DNA of 64,000 nucleotides from Tepidamorphaceae bacterium (GTDB taxonomy: Bacteria; Pseudomonadota; Alphaproteobacteria; Rhizobiales; JAKSCL01). The position numbers and the translations under genes were made by a program. The notes below the pieces were generated by a model. The model saw only the letters and a list, made by a program, of their open reading frames with translations, was not told the origin of the DNA and made no database searches. Of this stretch, positions 28,276 to 37,150 are shown in pieces. Location: NCBI GenBank assembly GCA_028289445.1, contig JANQPO010000017.1, forward strand, positions 479,537 through 543,536, given 5' to 3'. The number at the start of each line of letters is the position of its first letter. Position 1 is the first letter of the stretch.

Positions 28276-29510
28276 CTACGCAACGTCAAAACATTGCGAT
28301 CCAATAGATAGTCGGCCACGAGCGGCAGACTGGCGCCGCCGATGGCGCGGGCACCGGCACCGACCTGGCCGGGAAGAATCTCCGGGCGCGTCAGGCCACG
28401 GATGTCTTCTTGCTCCAGCGCCGCGTCGATCGCGTCAACAAGGCGACTGCGCACGTCTGCCGGAAACGCGCCGTCGATAACGACCGCCGGGAAATCGATT
28501 GTGCTGCAAATCGATACGATGGCCTGCGCGATGAGCTTCGCCGTCGTCACGATCCAGCGGTCGAGGGTCTCGCCGAAGTCGCCCCATTCGGTTGGCGACA
28601 ACCACACCGAAGATGGGTCATGGCCGTCGGCGACGAGCATCTCTTCCAGAACGTAGAGGGAGGCATATCCGAGGATGGGCCCGCGTTTGCCGTCATCGGT
28701 GAGGACGGGGAGCGGACCGAGTGCGCCGGCGTTTCTGGATGGGCCGGAATAAAGCGCGCCGTTCATGACGATGCCGCCGCCGATGAACGAGCCGATGAAG
28801 ATGTACATGAAGTCGTCGAACGCGGTGCCGGCGCCATAGACATGTTCGGCCGAGCAAGCAGCGGTGCAATCATTGTTGGTGATCACCTTGATCCCAAGCC
28901 GATCCGCCAGCGCTTCTCCGATATCGATACCGCGCCATCCGTTGAGAGTCCCATGCTCGACGCCGATGACTTCGGTCCAATTCCAGATTTCGTAAGGTGT
29001 GGCGACGCCGAGACCGACGACTCGGCGATGGTTTTCAGGGCTGAGATCGGCGGTCAGGTCCGCCGTTGCCTCGGCGGCGAAGGCCAGCGTGTCGTCGAGG
29101 TCGGGATAGGGGTGCACCCGCCGCGCCTGGCGTCTGACGTTCCCGGCCAGGTCGACAAGCACGACATCGTTGCTGCGGCGGCCGATCTTGAGGCCAAGCG
29201 CGAAGGCGCCGTCCGGATTGAGCGCCATGGGGATCGACGGCTGTCCCACGCGGCCGCGCTGCGGTGGTCCGCGCAGGAGGAGGTCCTCCGACTCCAATTC
29301 ACGCATGATGATGGTGATCGCTTGCGCGGACAGGCCGGTCATGCGCGCGATTTCGGCTTTCGACAGACTGCCGGAGCGCATGATGAGCGACAGGATCAGG
29401 CGCAGATTGTAGTCGCGCACGCGCGCCTGATTGGACCCGCCGACCGGCACCGCGCTGCGCCTTGGGCGGGCGGCAGAGTCGTCAGATGGTGTCACATCGG
29501 CAGGGGCCAT
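28272..29510 (-). CDS. ROK family transcriptional regulator
   Basis: 412 aa. N-terminal winged HTH (SKAEIARMTGLSAQAITIIMRELE) plus a ROK sugar-kinase-like domain. Its stop overlaps the convergent ATPase stop within CTAG (28272-28275). Confidence 0.85.
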
Positions 29511-29533
29511 GAGGCAACTTCGCGCGCAAAAAA

Positions 29534-29563
29534 CAATAAATCAAGTGAATTTATTTATTGACA
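29534..29563. promoter_or_regulatory. Candidate ROK operator (caataaat-N11-atttattg) overlapping a TTGACA -35-like hexamer
   Basis: Perfect 8-bp arms at 29534-29541 and 29553-29560. TTGACA at 29558-29563. It lies in the divergent ROK/binding-protein intergenic region. Confidence 0.4.
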
Positions 29564-29648
29564 AAAGCCTAGAGGATGTGTGTGCTTAAGGCACTTGGAA
29601 AAGCGCGGTGGAGTCGATCCGCGACAGTCCAAGCAAGGGAGGACTGCA

Positions 29649-30674
29649 ATGAAGAAACTTCTACTTTCGACGGTCGCCGCGACAGCGGCGCTGGCGTTCG
29701 CGGGCATCGGAACGGCGAGCGCACAGGACATCGGTGCTTGCCTCATCACCAAGACCGACACCAATCCTTTCTTCGTCAAAATGAAGGAAGGCGCGACGGC
29801 GAAGGCCGAGGAACTCGGCATTTCGCTTAAGAGCTTCGCCGGCAAGGTCGACGGTGACCATGAAACACAGGTCCAGGCGATCGAGACCTGCATTGCCGAT
29901 GGCGCCAAGGGCATCCTGCTGACCGCGTCCGACACGTCATCCATCGTTTCGAGTGTGAAGCAGGCGCGCGAGGCCGGTCTCCTGGTGATTGCGCTCGATA
30001 CGCCGCTTGACCCGATCGATGCCGCCGACGCGACGTTCGCCACCGACAACTTCAAGGCCGGTGAACTGATCGGTCAGTGGGCTGCCGCCGCGCTCGGCGA
30101 CGATGCGGCGAACGCCAAGATCGGCATGCTTGATCTGGCCGTCAGCCAGCCCACCGTTGGCGTTCTGCGCGATCAGGGCTTCCTGACAGGGTTCGGGATT
30201 GACGTGAAGGACCCCAACAAATGGGGCGACGAGGACGACCCGCGCATCGTCGGCAATGACGTGACGGCCGGCAATGAGGAAGGCGGCCGCAAGGCGATGG
30301 AAAATCTTCTTGCCAAGGATCCGATGATCAACGTCGTCTACACGATCAACGAGCCGGCCGCTGCGGGTGCTTACGAAGCACTGAAGGCAATCGGCCGCGA
30401 GAACGACGTGCTGATCGTGTCGGTCGATGGCGGCTGCCCGGGCGTTGCCAATGTCAAGGACGGCGTCATTGGCGCCACCTCGCAGCAATATCCGCTGCTG
30501 ATGGCTTCACTCGGCATCGAGGCGATCGCCGCCTGGGCGAAGGACGGCTCCAAGCCTGAGCCGACACCGGGCAAGGACTTCTTCGACACCGGCGTGGCGT
30601 TGGTCACCGACAAGCCTGTCGATGGTGTCGAGTCGATCGACACAGCCAAAGGCACGGATTTGTGCTGGGGTTGA
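29649..30674 (+). CDS. Monosaccharide ABC transporter substrate-binding protein (RbsB/FrcB-like)
   Basis: ORF 29580-30674 trimmed to the ATG at 29649 after the gggagga RBS. Signal peptide [25 protein letters not shown]. Confidence 0.85.
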   Translation: MKKLLLSTVAATAALAFAGIGTASAQDIGACLITKTDTNPFFVKMKEGATAKAEELGISLKSFAGKVDGDHETQVQAIETCIADGAKGILLTASDTSSIVSSVKQAREAGLLVIALDTPLDPIDAADATFATDNFKAGELIGQWAAAALGDDAANAKIGMLDLAVSQPTVGVLRDQGFLTGFGIDVKDPNKWGDEDDPRIVGNDVTAGNEEGGRKAMENLLAKDPMINVVYTINEPAAAGAYEALKAIGRENDVLIVSVDGGCPGVANVKDGVIGATSQQYPLLMASLGIEAIAAWAKDGSKPEPTPGKDFFDTGVALVTDKPVDGVESIDTAKGTDLCWG

Positions 30675-30706
30675 TCCGACCCTTACGCTAGTCGCACAAT
30701 GGAACG

Positions 30707-30735
30707 AGGGGCGGTGGTCGCGCCGCCCCTTTTTG
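30707..30735 (+). terminator. Terminator-like stem-loop between the binding-protein and permease genes
   Basis: aggggcgg (30707-30714) and ccgcccct (30723-30730) followed by ttttt. Confidence 0.55.
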
Positions 30736-30757
30736 CATTCCGCTGAGGAAAACCGGC

Positions 30758-31834
30758 ATGGCATCCGACAGCAGTTCATCTTCCTTCGAGACGGCCGCAC
30801 AGGCCAGCCCGACGACGGTGGCGGAATTCGAGGACCATCATCGCGGCCCGATCTCCAAGTTCCAGCATGCGCTGCATGTGACGCCATCTTTGGTGCCGCT
30901 GATCGTGTTGGTGGCGGCGATCGCGCTGTTCGGCATTCTTCTCGGCTCCAAGTTCTTTTCCCCCTTCGCGCTGACCCTGATCCTGCAGCAGGTGCAGATC
31001 GTGGGCGTTTTGGCGGCGGCGCAGAGCCTGATCATCCTGACGGCAGGCATCGACCTTTCGGTCGGGGCCATAGCCGTTCTAACGTCGGTCATCATGGGGC
31101 AGTTCACGTTCCGCTACGGGATGCCCGCGCCGGTCGCGATCGCCTGCGGCCTGGTCGTCGGCACGCTCATCGGCGCGGCGTCCGGCTGGCTGGTGGCGCG
31201 GGTCAAGCTGCCCCCGTTCATCGTGACGCTCGGCATGTGGCAGATCGTGCTGGCCGCGAACTATATCTATTCGGCGAATGAGACCATCCGCTCCCAGGAC
31301 ATTGAGGCGCAGGCGCCCTTTCTTCAGTTCTTCGGCTCCAAGCTGCAATTTGCGGGGGCTACCTTTACCTATGGCGTGATCTTCATGTGCCTTCTGGTCG
31401 TCATTCTCGCCTATGTGCTACGCTCGACTGCTTGGGGCCGGCATGTCTACGCGGTCGGAGACGACCCGGATGCTGCCGAGCTTGCCGGCGTGAACACCAA
31501 GCGAACCATCATCCAGGTCTATGCGCTGGTGGGGCTGATCTGCGCTTTTGCCGGCTGGGTGATGATCGGACGTTTCGGCTCGGTGTCGCCGTCGGCCACG
31601 ACCGGTGTGATCGGCAATATCCAGGCGATCACGGCGGTAGTGATCGGAGGCATCTCGCTGTTTGGCGGGCGTGGCTCGATCGTCGGCGCTTTTTTCGGCG
31701 CGCTGATCGTCGGTGTGTTCGAACTCGGTCTGCGCATGTGGGGCGCCGATCCGCAATGGACGTTTTTGCTGATCGGCGTGCTGATCATCGCGGCGACCAC
31801 GGTGGACCAGTGGATCAGAAAGGTGGCGTCGTGA
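30758..31834 (+). CDS. Monosaccharide ABC transporter permease (RbsC/FrcC-like)
   Basis: 358 aa polytopic protein with the typical LTAGIDLSVGA motif. Confidence 0.85.
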   Translation: MASDSSSSSFETAAQASPTTVAEFEDHHRGPISKFQHALHVTPSLVPLIVLVAAIALFGILLGSKFFSPFALTLILQQVQIVGVLAAAQSLIILTAGIDLSVGAIAVLTSVIMGQFTFRYGMPAPVAIACGLVVGTLIGAASGWLVARVKLPPFIVTLGMWQIVLAANYIYSANETIRSQDIEAQAPFLQFFGSKLQFAGATFTYGVIFMCLLVVILAYVLRSTAWGRHVYAVGDDPDAAELAGVNTKRTIIQVYALVGLICAFAGWVMIGRFGSVSPSATTGVIGNIQAITAVVIGGISLFGGRGSIVGAFFGALIVGVFELGLRMWGADPQWTFLLIGVLIIAATTVDQWIRKVAS

Positions 31835-32610
31835 TGGAACCGATCCTGAGAACGCGCGGGCTCACGAAACACTACGGCCGGGTGGTTGCACTGGACAATT
31901 GCGATTTCGACCTGATGCCGGGGGAAATCCTTGCCGTGATCGGCGACAACGGCGCCGGAAAGTCGACCCTCATCAAGGCGATTTCGGGTGCGGTGCAACC
32001 CGATTCGGGCACGGTGGAGCTGGAAGGACGCGCGGTTTCGTTTTCGTCTCCCATCGCGGCGCGGGAAGCGGGGATCGAGACCGTCTACCAGACGCTTGCC
32101 ATGTCGCCGGCCTTGTCGATTGCCGACAATATGTTCATGGGCCGGGAGATCCGCCGGCCCGGCGTGCTCGGCAAATGGCTTCGCCAGCTTGACCGCCCCG
32201 CGATGGAGAAGTTCGCGCGCGAGAAACTGAGCGAACTCGGCCTGATGACCATCCAGAACATCAACCAGGCGGTGGAAACGCTCTCGGGCGGTCAGCGCCA
32301 GGGCGTCGCCGTTGCTCGGGCTGTCGCCTTCGGCTCGAAGGTCGTCATCATGGACGAGCCGACGGCGGCGCTCGGCGTGAAAGAGTCGCGGCGGGTGCTG
32401 GAACTCATCCTCGACGTCAAGTCACGTGGCCTGCCGATCGTGTTGATCTCGCACAACATGCCGCATGTCTTCGAGGTCGCCGACCGCATCCACGTCCATC
32501 GGCTTGGCAAGCGCCTGTGCGTCATCGATCCGAAGGATTATTCGATGTCCGACGCGGTCGCCTTCATGACCGGCGCCAAGGAGCCGCCTGCGGAGCAGAT
32601 GGCGGCCTAG
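31834..32610 (+). CDS. Monosaccharide ABC transporter ATP-binding protein, single cassette (FrcA-like)
   Basis: ORF 31387-32610 trimmed to the ATG at 31834, which overlaps the permease stop (gTGATGg). MEPILRTRGLTKHYG, GDNGAGKST, LSGGQRQG, VIMDEPTAALG. Confidence 0.85.
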   Translation: MEPILRTRGLTKHYGRVVALDNCDFDLMPGEILAVIGDNGAGKSTLIKAISGAVQPDSGTVELEGRAVSFSSPIAAREAGIETVYQTLAMSPALSIADNMFMGREIRRPGVLGKWLRQLDRPAMEKFAREKLSELGLMTIQNINQAVETLSGGQRQGVAVARAVAFGSKVVIMDEPTAALGVKESRRVLELILDVKSRGLPIVLISHNMPHVFEVADRIHVHRLGKRLCVIDPKDYSMSDAVAFMTGAKEPPAEQMAA

Positions 32611-32770
32611 AGCACTTTCGATATAATCCGATTCATCGAAGTTCTTTATCCCTTTGATTTTGAATATTTTTTCGAAAACTGCAACTATCCCAGCCTTCGC
32701 GGGGACATGTTTTTTCGGGAACATGCTCTTGAGCACATTCTTCGCAGATTGATTCCGAAGTTCGTCTTAA
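32609..32770. repeat. Intergenic mosaic palindromic element, copy B
   Basis: Contains ctttgattttga (32652-32663) and ttttcgggaacatgctct (32712-32729), both identical to copy A. Further GAGCA(C/T)(A/T)TTC modules occur at 32610 and 32731. Confidence 0.7.
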
Positions 32771-32819
32771 ACGGTTGTTCTTGACTCGTTTTCTCTAGCT
32801 GCGCCGATGGCCGTTGCAG

Positions 32820-33746
32820 TTAGGTCGTCTCGACGACAAAGTCCGGAACGATCCCGGACTGCGCGATGGCGTCGTCAACGGGGTAGCCCTTGAACAGGCC
32901 GTGTCCGGTCACAAGCACGGTCTTCCAGCCGGCCGCCGCACCGCCGAGGATGTCCGTGTGGAGGGTATCGCCGACCATGCAGATGCGGTCCGGCGCGGTT
33001 CCGGCAGGGAGGCGCGCTTTCACAAGGTCGAAGACAGAGGCAAACGGCTTGCCGTGAAAGTCAGGCGCAATCCCCGTCTCGTCGGCAAGATGGTGCGCGT
33101 AGAAGCCGGGTTCGAGCGAAAAGCCGCCCTCCTGCGGTGCGATCAGGTCGGGATTGCCGACCAGGATCGGGCGAGATCGACGCTTGAGGCTTTCCAAAAG
33201 CAGCGCATGGCGATCGAACGACCAGCCGATTGTCGACACCATGAGAAACGCGTCCGCTGCATCGTAATCGGCCGGATCGTCTTCCAACAGAGCGATTGAG
33301 GACGCAAGGCTTTCAAGGTCCGACTGCGGGATGGCCATCGCGCCCCAATGGGTCGTCGCAGAAAATCCGGCCATGGCGGTCGCGGCTGCCTCGCGACTGG
33401 CAATCACCGCGTCGGCGCGTAGCTCGTATCCATAGGACCGATAGCGTCCGAGTGCCGTGCTTGGCGGAAACGATGCGCCATTGGTCAGGACAAAGATCGT
33501 CTTTCCGGCGGCCTGCAATGCGCGCACGCGCTCCGGTGCGCCGGGTACGGGCTGTCCGCCGATATTGAGCACGCCGAAGGCGTCGAGCACGAAGACATCG
33601 AAATCATCTGCAAGATCGGCGAGCGACTGGCCGGAGTCATAAGTCTTCGGGAGCACGGCGACAGGTAGGCGCGGACGCACGGCCTCATAGCGGCGAAACG
33701 CGCGCTCGGCATCGAGCGGAAGGTTGTCGGGATCGAACACGGGCAA
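32820..33746 (-). CDS. HAD-superfamily hydrolase, subfamily IIA
   Basis: 308 aa. Motif I FVLDAFGVLN, motif IV MVGDTLHTDILGG. TTG start at 33746, alternative GTG at 33740. Confidence 0.75.
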   Translation of the reverse strand: MPVFDPDNLPLDAERAFRRYEAVRPRLPVAVLPKTYDSGQSLADLADDFDVFVLDAFGVLNIGGQPVPGAPERVRALQAAGKTIFVLTNGASFPPSTALGRYRSYGYELRADAVIASREAAATAMAGFSATTHWGAMAIPQSDLESLASSIALLEDDPADYDAADAFLMVSTIGWSFDRHALLLESLKRRSRPILVGNPDLIAPQEGGFSLEPGFYAHHLADETGIAPDFHGKPFASVFDLVKARLPAGTAPDRICMVGDTLHTDILGGAAAGWKTVLVTGHGLFKGYPVDDAIAQSGIVPDFVVETT

Positions 33747-33805
33747 GGCTTGGGGGAACGGTGGATGGACCGCTACCTTGTCGCAGATCAGACCGGATTG
33801 AGCAA

Positions 33806-34297
33806 TCAGCCGCCGCCGATTTGGGCAAGTTTCGGCGCGATCTGGGCGATCAGCGTGCCAAGACCCTCATGCCCGGCGCGCTCGGCCGCGTCGGCGACGT
33901 CGCACCACAGGCGCTGGCGTCCCGCACGCTCCGGCCAGTCGTTCAGTTCCTCGCGCACATAGAGCAGGTAGACGTCCACCTGACAGTCCAGATCGGGACG
34001 CTCGCGACGCGTTTTGCAGAACGCGTAAGACCCCACCGGTCGGCTCAGGACCGTGCCGCGAACGCCGGCTTCCTCGAAGGCCTCGCGCGCAGCGGCGTCA
34101 TGCGGCGAAAGCCCCGGAATGTGCCAGCCTTTCGGTACGATCCACTTGCGGTTGCGCCGCGTGGTGATCATTAGGATTTGACTACGGCCATCGGCGGTGA
34201 AACGCACCGGCAGCGCCGCAACTTGACGAGAGAGACCGACAACCGGCGAAACTGCGGCCGCGGACTCATGCGGAAAATCTACTGTATCCTTGATCAT
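33806..34297 (-). CDS. NUDIX hydrolase
   Basis: 163 aa. NUDIX box GLSPHDAAAREAFEEAGV. Confidence 0.85.
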   Translation of the reverse strand: MIKDTVDFPHESAAAVSPVVGLSRQVAALPVRFTADGRSQILMITTRRNRKWIVPKGWHIPGLSPHDAAAREAFEEAGVRGTVLSRPVGSYAFCKTRRERPDLDCQVDVYLLYVREELNDWPERAGRQRLWCDVADAAERAGHEGLGTLIAQIAPKLAQIGGG

Positions 34298-34372
34298 TCC
34301 TTATCAATGCCGCAAATGTCTAACCAATCCATTACGCCGCGCGCGGTTTCTATGCGCGAAGGGGTTTCCGAC

Positions 34373-35176
34373 ATGACTGACTTGAGCGAAAGGCGCGCCT
34401 TCGCCGATGCTCTGGCGCGAGATGCAGGGGCGCTCGGCCTTGAGTTTCAGCGGCAACTGGGCACGCTGGCGATCGAAAGTAAGGGGCCTCAGGACTTCGT
34501 GACGGAGGCCGATCGGGCCGTCGAGCGGCTCATTCGCGAGGCGATCGGTAAGAAGTTTCCCGATGACGCCGTACTCGGCGAGGAATATGGGGCAAGCGAC
34601 GGCACATCCGGCTTTGTCTGGGTGATCGATCCAATTGACGGTACCGCGAATTTCATCGCCGGCCTGCCGCTGTGGTGCGTCTCGATTGCGTGCTTCGTCG
34701 AGGGACGATCGGTTGTCGGGGCGATTCATGCTCCCGTCATCGGAGATACCTACACCGCCGCGGCCGGGGGCGGCACGACGCTCAATGGCGCAGCCGTCAC
34801 CGCGCGCGCTGTCAACGACTTTCGGCAGGGCAGCATTGGCGTTGGGTTTCCCGGCGGTGAGGCGGGTGCCGATTCCGCCCGCCGCGTCCTGGCCTTTTGC
34901 CAGTCGGTCATCGATTCCGGTGGCGTTTTTGTTAGGCCGGGGTCGGGTGCACTGCTGCTCGCCGACGTGGCGGCTGGCCGCCTGATCGCCGGTGTCGAGC
35001 CGCACATGAACGCCTGGGATTGCCTGGCGGGTCTTCTCATGATCGAAGAGGCGGGCGGACGGATCGAGCCCTATGACGGCGGGACGATTCTCCAACACGG
35101 CGCGCGGATCATTGCGAGTGGCGCCCCATTGTTCGATACGGTCAGACCGCTCGCCACTGAGGCCTTCGACGGCTGA
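34373..35176 (+). CDS. Inositol monophosphatase family protein
   Basis: ORF 34178-35176 trimmed to the ATG at 34373 (267 aa). Earlier in-frame ATGs at 34307, 34316 and 34352 are possible. Motifs WVIDPIDGTANF and WDCLAGLLMIEEAGG. Confidence 0.8.
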   Translation: MTDLSERRAFADALARDAGALGLEFQRQLGTLAIESKGPQDFVTEADRAVERLIREAIGKKFPDDAVLGEEYGASDGTSGFVWVIDPIDGTANFIAGLPLWCVSIACFVEGRSVVGAIHAPVIGDTYTAAAGGGTTLNGAAVTARAVNDFRQGSIGVGFPGGEAGADSARRVLAFCQSVIDSGGVFVRPGSGALLLADVAAGRLIAGVEPHMNAWDCLAGLLMIEEAGGRIEPYDGGTILQHGARIIASGAPLFDTVRPLATEAFDG

Positions 35177-35226
35177 GGCGACGGTTCAGTCGGCCCGCTT
35201 CTGGCCGAAATACCCTCAATATTTTC

Positions 35227-35303
35227 TTGAAAATCAGCGGCTTTTCAAATTGAGCCGTTCGATCTACCGTATTTCTACGAATGAAACGACCGTCGAACGG
35301 TCG
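35227..35303. promoter_or_regulatory. Two inverted repeats upstream of uraH-xdh (TTGAAAA-N8-TTTTCAA; cgaccg-N5-cggtcg)
   Basis: 35227-35233 pairs with 35242-35248, and 35287-35292 pairs with 35298-35303, all read directly. Function unknown. Confidence 0.3.
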
Positions 35304-35321
35304 GTTTGAGGGTGGTTTGAC

Positions 35322-35672
35322 ATGAGCGGCAAGCTGACATCCCATGTTCTCGACACGGCGCATGGTATCCCCGCCAAGGGGATGCGCATCGTATTGACGC
35401 GCCTGTCGGACGGCGCGGCGCTGGCGGATATCAAAACCAATGACGATGGCCGCTCCGATGCGCCGCTTCTGTCCGATGGCACGATGGCAGTTGGCCAATA
35501 TGAACTCACGTTCCATGTCGGCGACTATTTCCGTGGTCTGGGCGTCACGCTCTCAGAACCGGCCTTTCTCGATGTCGTGCCGCTGCGCTTCGGTATCGGC
35601 GACGCCGATGCGCACTATCATGTGCCCCTGTTGGTTTCGCCGTTCAGCTATTCGACGTATCGGGGCAGCTGA
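35322..35672 (+). CDS. uraH: 5-hydroxyisourate hydrolase (transthyretin-like)
   Basis: 116 aa. N-terminal [14 protein letters not shown] and the diagnostic C-terminal YSTYRGS. Confidence 0.9.
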   Translation: MSGKLTSHVLDTAHGIPAKGMRIVLTRLSDGAALADIKTNDDGRSDAPLLSDGTMAVGQYELTFHVGDYFRGLGVTLSEPAFLDVVPLRFGIGDADAHYHVPLLVSPFSYSTYRGS

Positions 35673-35674
35673 CG

Positions 35675-37150
35675 ATGGTGGCCGTGCGCAACACGATCCG
35701 GTTCCTTTTGGGCAACGACCTGGTCGAGATCGATGGCATCGATCCGACCCGGACTCTGCTCGATTGGCTGCGCATCGACCGGCGCCTCACCGGCACCAAG
35801 GAAGGCTGCGCGGAGGGCGACTGCGGCGCGTGCACGGTTCTGGTCGGGCGTATCGAGAACGGTGCTCTGCGCTATCGGCCGGTCAATGCCTGCATCCGCT
35901 TTGTGTCGACGCTTGATGCCTGCCACGTTCTCACTGTCGAGCATCTGAAGACCCTGGATGGGGCGCTCCATCCAGTGCAGCAAGCCATGGTCGATCATCA
36001 TGGATCGCAATGCGGCTTCTGTACGCCGGGCTTTGTCATGTCGCTCTATCAGGTGTGGCGCGACGAGACGGCACCGGACGCCGACCGTATCGAGCGGGCG
36101 CTCCAGGGCAATCTGTGCCGCTGCACCGGTTATGAGCCGATCATCAAAGCGGGTCTTGCGATGGGTTCCGGTGACCGTTCGGCGGATCGTTGGCTTGCAG
36201 GCCAATCGGATATCGAGGCCAAACTGCACGACTTGGCCGACGGCGTGCGCATCGAGATCGAGGGCGATGGACGGCGCCTTATCCAGCCTGCATCGGTCGA
36301 CGATCTGGCGGAGGTCTATGCCGCCCATCCAGGCGCGACGATCGTTGCCGGCGCCACCGATATCGGGTTGTGGGTGACCAAGGGTATGGCAAAGCTCGAT
36401 CCGGTCGTCTTCGTCGCGCATCTGGACGACCTAGCGCAGATCTCGGTCGACGACACCGGCATCACGCTTGGCGCCGGCGTCACCTATGAGGACGGCTGGC
36501 CCGCCTTGGCCAAGGTCTTTCCCGATATCAGCGAGCTGATGCATCGGCTAGGCGGCGAACAGGTGCGGGCCATGGGAACGATCGGCGGCAATATCGCCAA
36601 CGGATCGCCGATTGGCGACACGCCGCCGCCTCTAATCGCGCTTGGTGCTACCGTAACCTTGCGCCACGGCATCGAACGCCGGACCTTGTCGCTCGAGGAC
36701 TTCTTCATCGAATACGGCAAGCAGGATCGAAAGCCTGGCGAGTTCGTCGAATCGATCTTCGTGCCGCGCTTGCCGGATAACGCTCATTTTCGGGTCTACA
36801 AGATCTCGAAACGGTTCGAGGAAGATATCTCGGCGGTTTGCGGCGCGTTCCGCGTCGATGTCGAGGATGGCAAGGTCACCAATGCCCGCATCGCCTTCGG
36901 TGGCATGGCCGGCACGCCGCATCGGGCCAAGGGGACCGAAGTTGCGCTCACCGGGGCGGCCTGGGACACGGCCTCCATCGATAAGGCGGTCGCCGCGCTG
37001 GCCGAAGACTATTCGCCCCTGACGGATTGGCGCGCCAGCGCGACCTATCGGGTGCGTTCGGCCGAAGGGTTGCTACGTCGGTTCTTCCTTGAAACGACTG
37101 CTGCATCGTCGACGCGCCTGGTTCGGGAAAGGCGGTTGGCCCATGTATAG
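35675..37150 (+). CDS. xdhA: Xanthine dehydrogenase small subunit (2Fe-2S and FAD binding)
   Basis: 491 aa. Fe-S motifs GCAEGDCGACTV and CRCTGYEPI, then an FAD-binding domain. Confidence 0.9.
   Translation: MVAVRNTIRFLLGNDLVEIDGIDPTRTLLDWLRIDRRLTGTKEGCAEGDCGACTVLVGRIENGALRYRPVNACIRFVSTLDACHVLTVEHLKTLDGALHPVQQAMVDHHGSQCGFCTPGFVMSLYQVWRDETAPDADRIERALQGNLCRCTGYEPIIKAGLAMGSGDRSADRWLAGQSDIEAKLHDLADGVRIEIEGDGRRLIQPASVDDLAEVYAAHPGATIVAGATDIGLWVTKGMAKLDPVVFVAHLDDLAQISVDDTGITLGAGVTYEDGWPALAKVFPDISELMHRLGGEQVRAMGTIGGNIANGSPIGDTPPPLIALGATVTLRHGIERRTLSLEDFFIEYGKQDRKPGEFVESIFVPRLPDNAHFRVYKISKRFEEDISAVCGAFRVDVEDGKVTNARIAFGGMAGTPHRAKGTEVALTGAAWDTASIDKAVAALAEDYSPLTDWRASATYRVRSAEGLLRRFFLETTAASSTRLVRERRLAHV

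Noticed and set aside
28410-29561. 383-aa + strand ORF
   Set aside because: It is antisense to the ROK regulator gene. No motifs. Shadow ORF.
35205-35250. Possible third, degenerate copy of the family-1 mosaic repeat (atattttcttgaaaatc versus atattcttttccgaaaacc)
   Set aside because: The similarity is confined to an A/T-rich stretch of about 17 nt. The diagnostic 12-mer and 18-mer are absent, so it is more simply a local inverted repeat.
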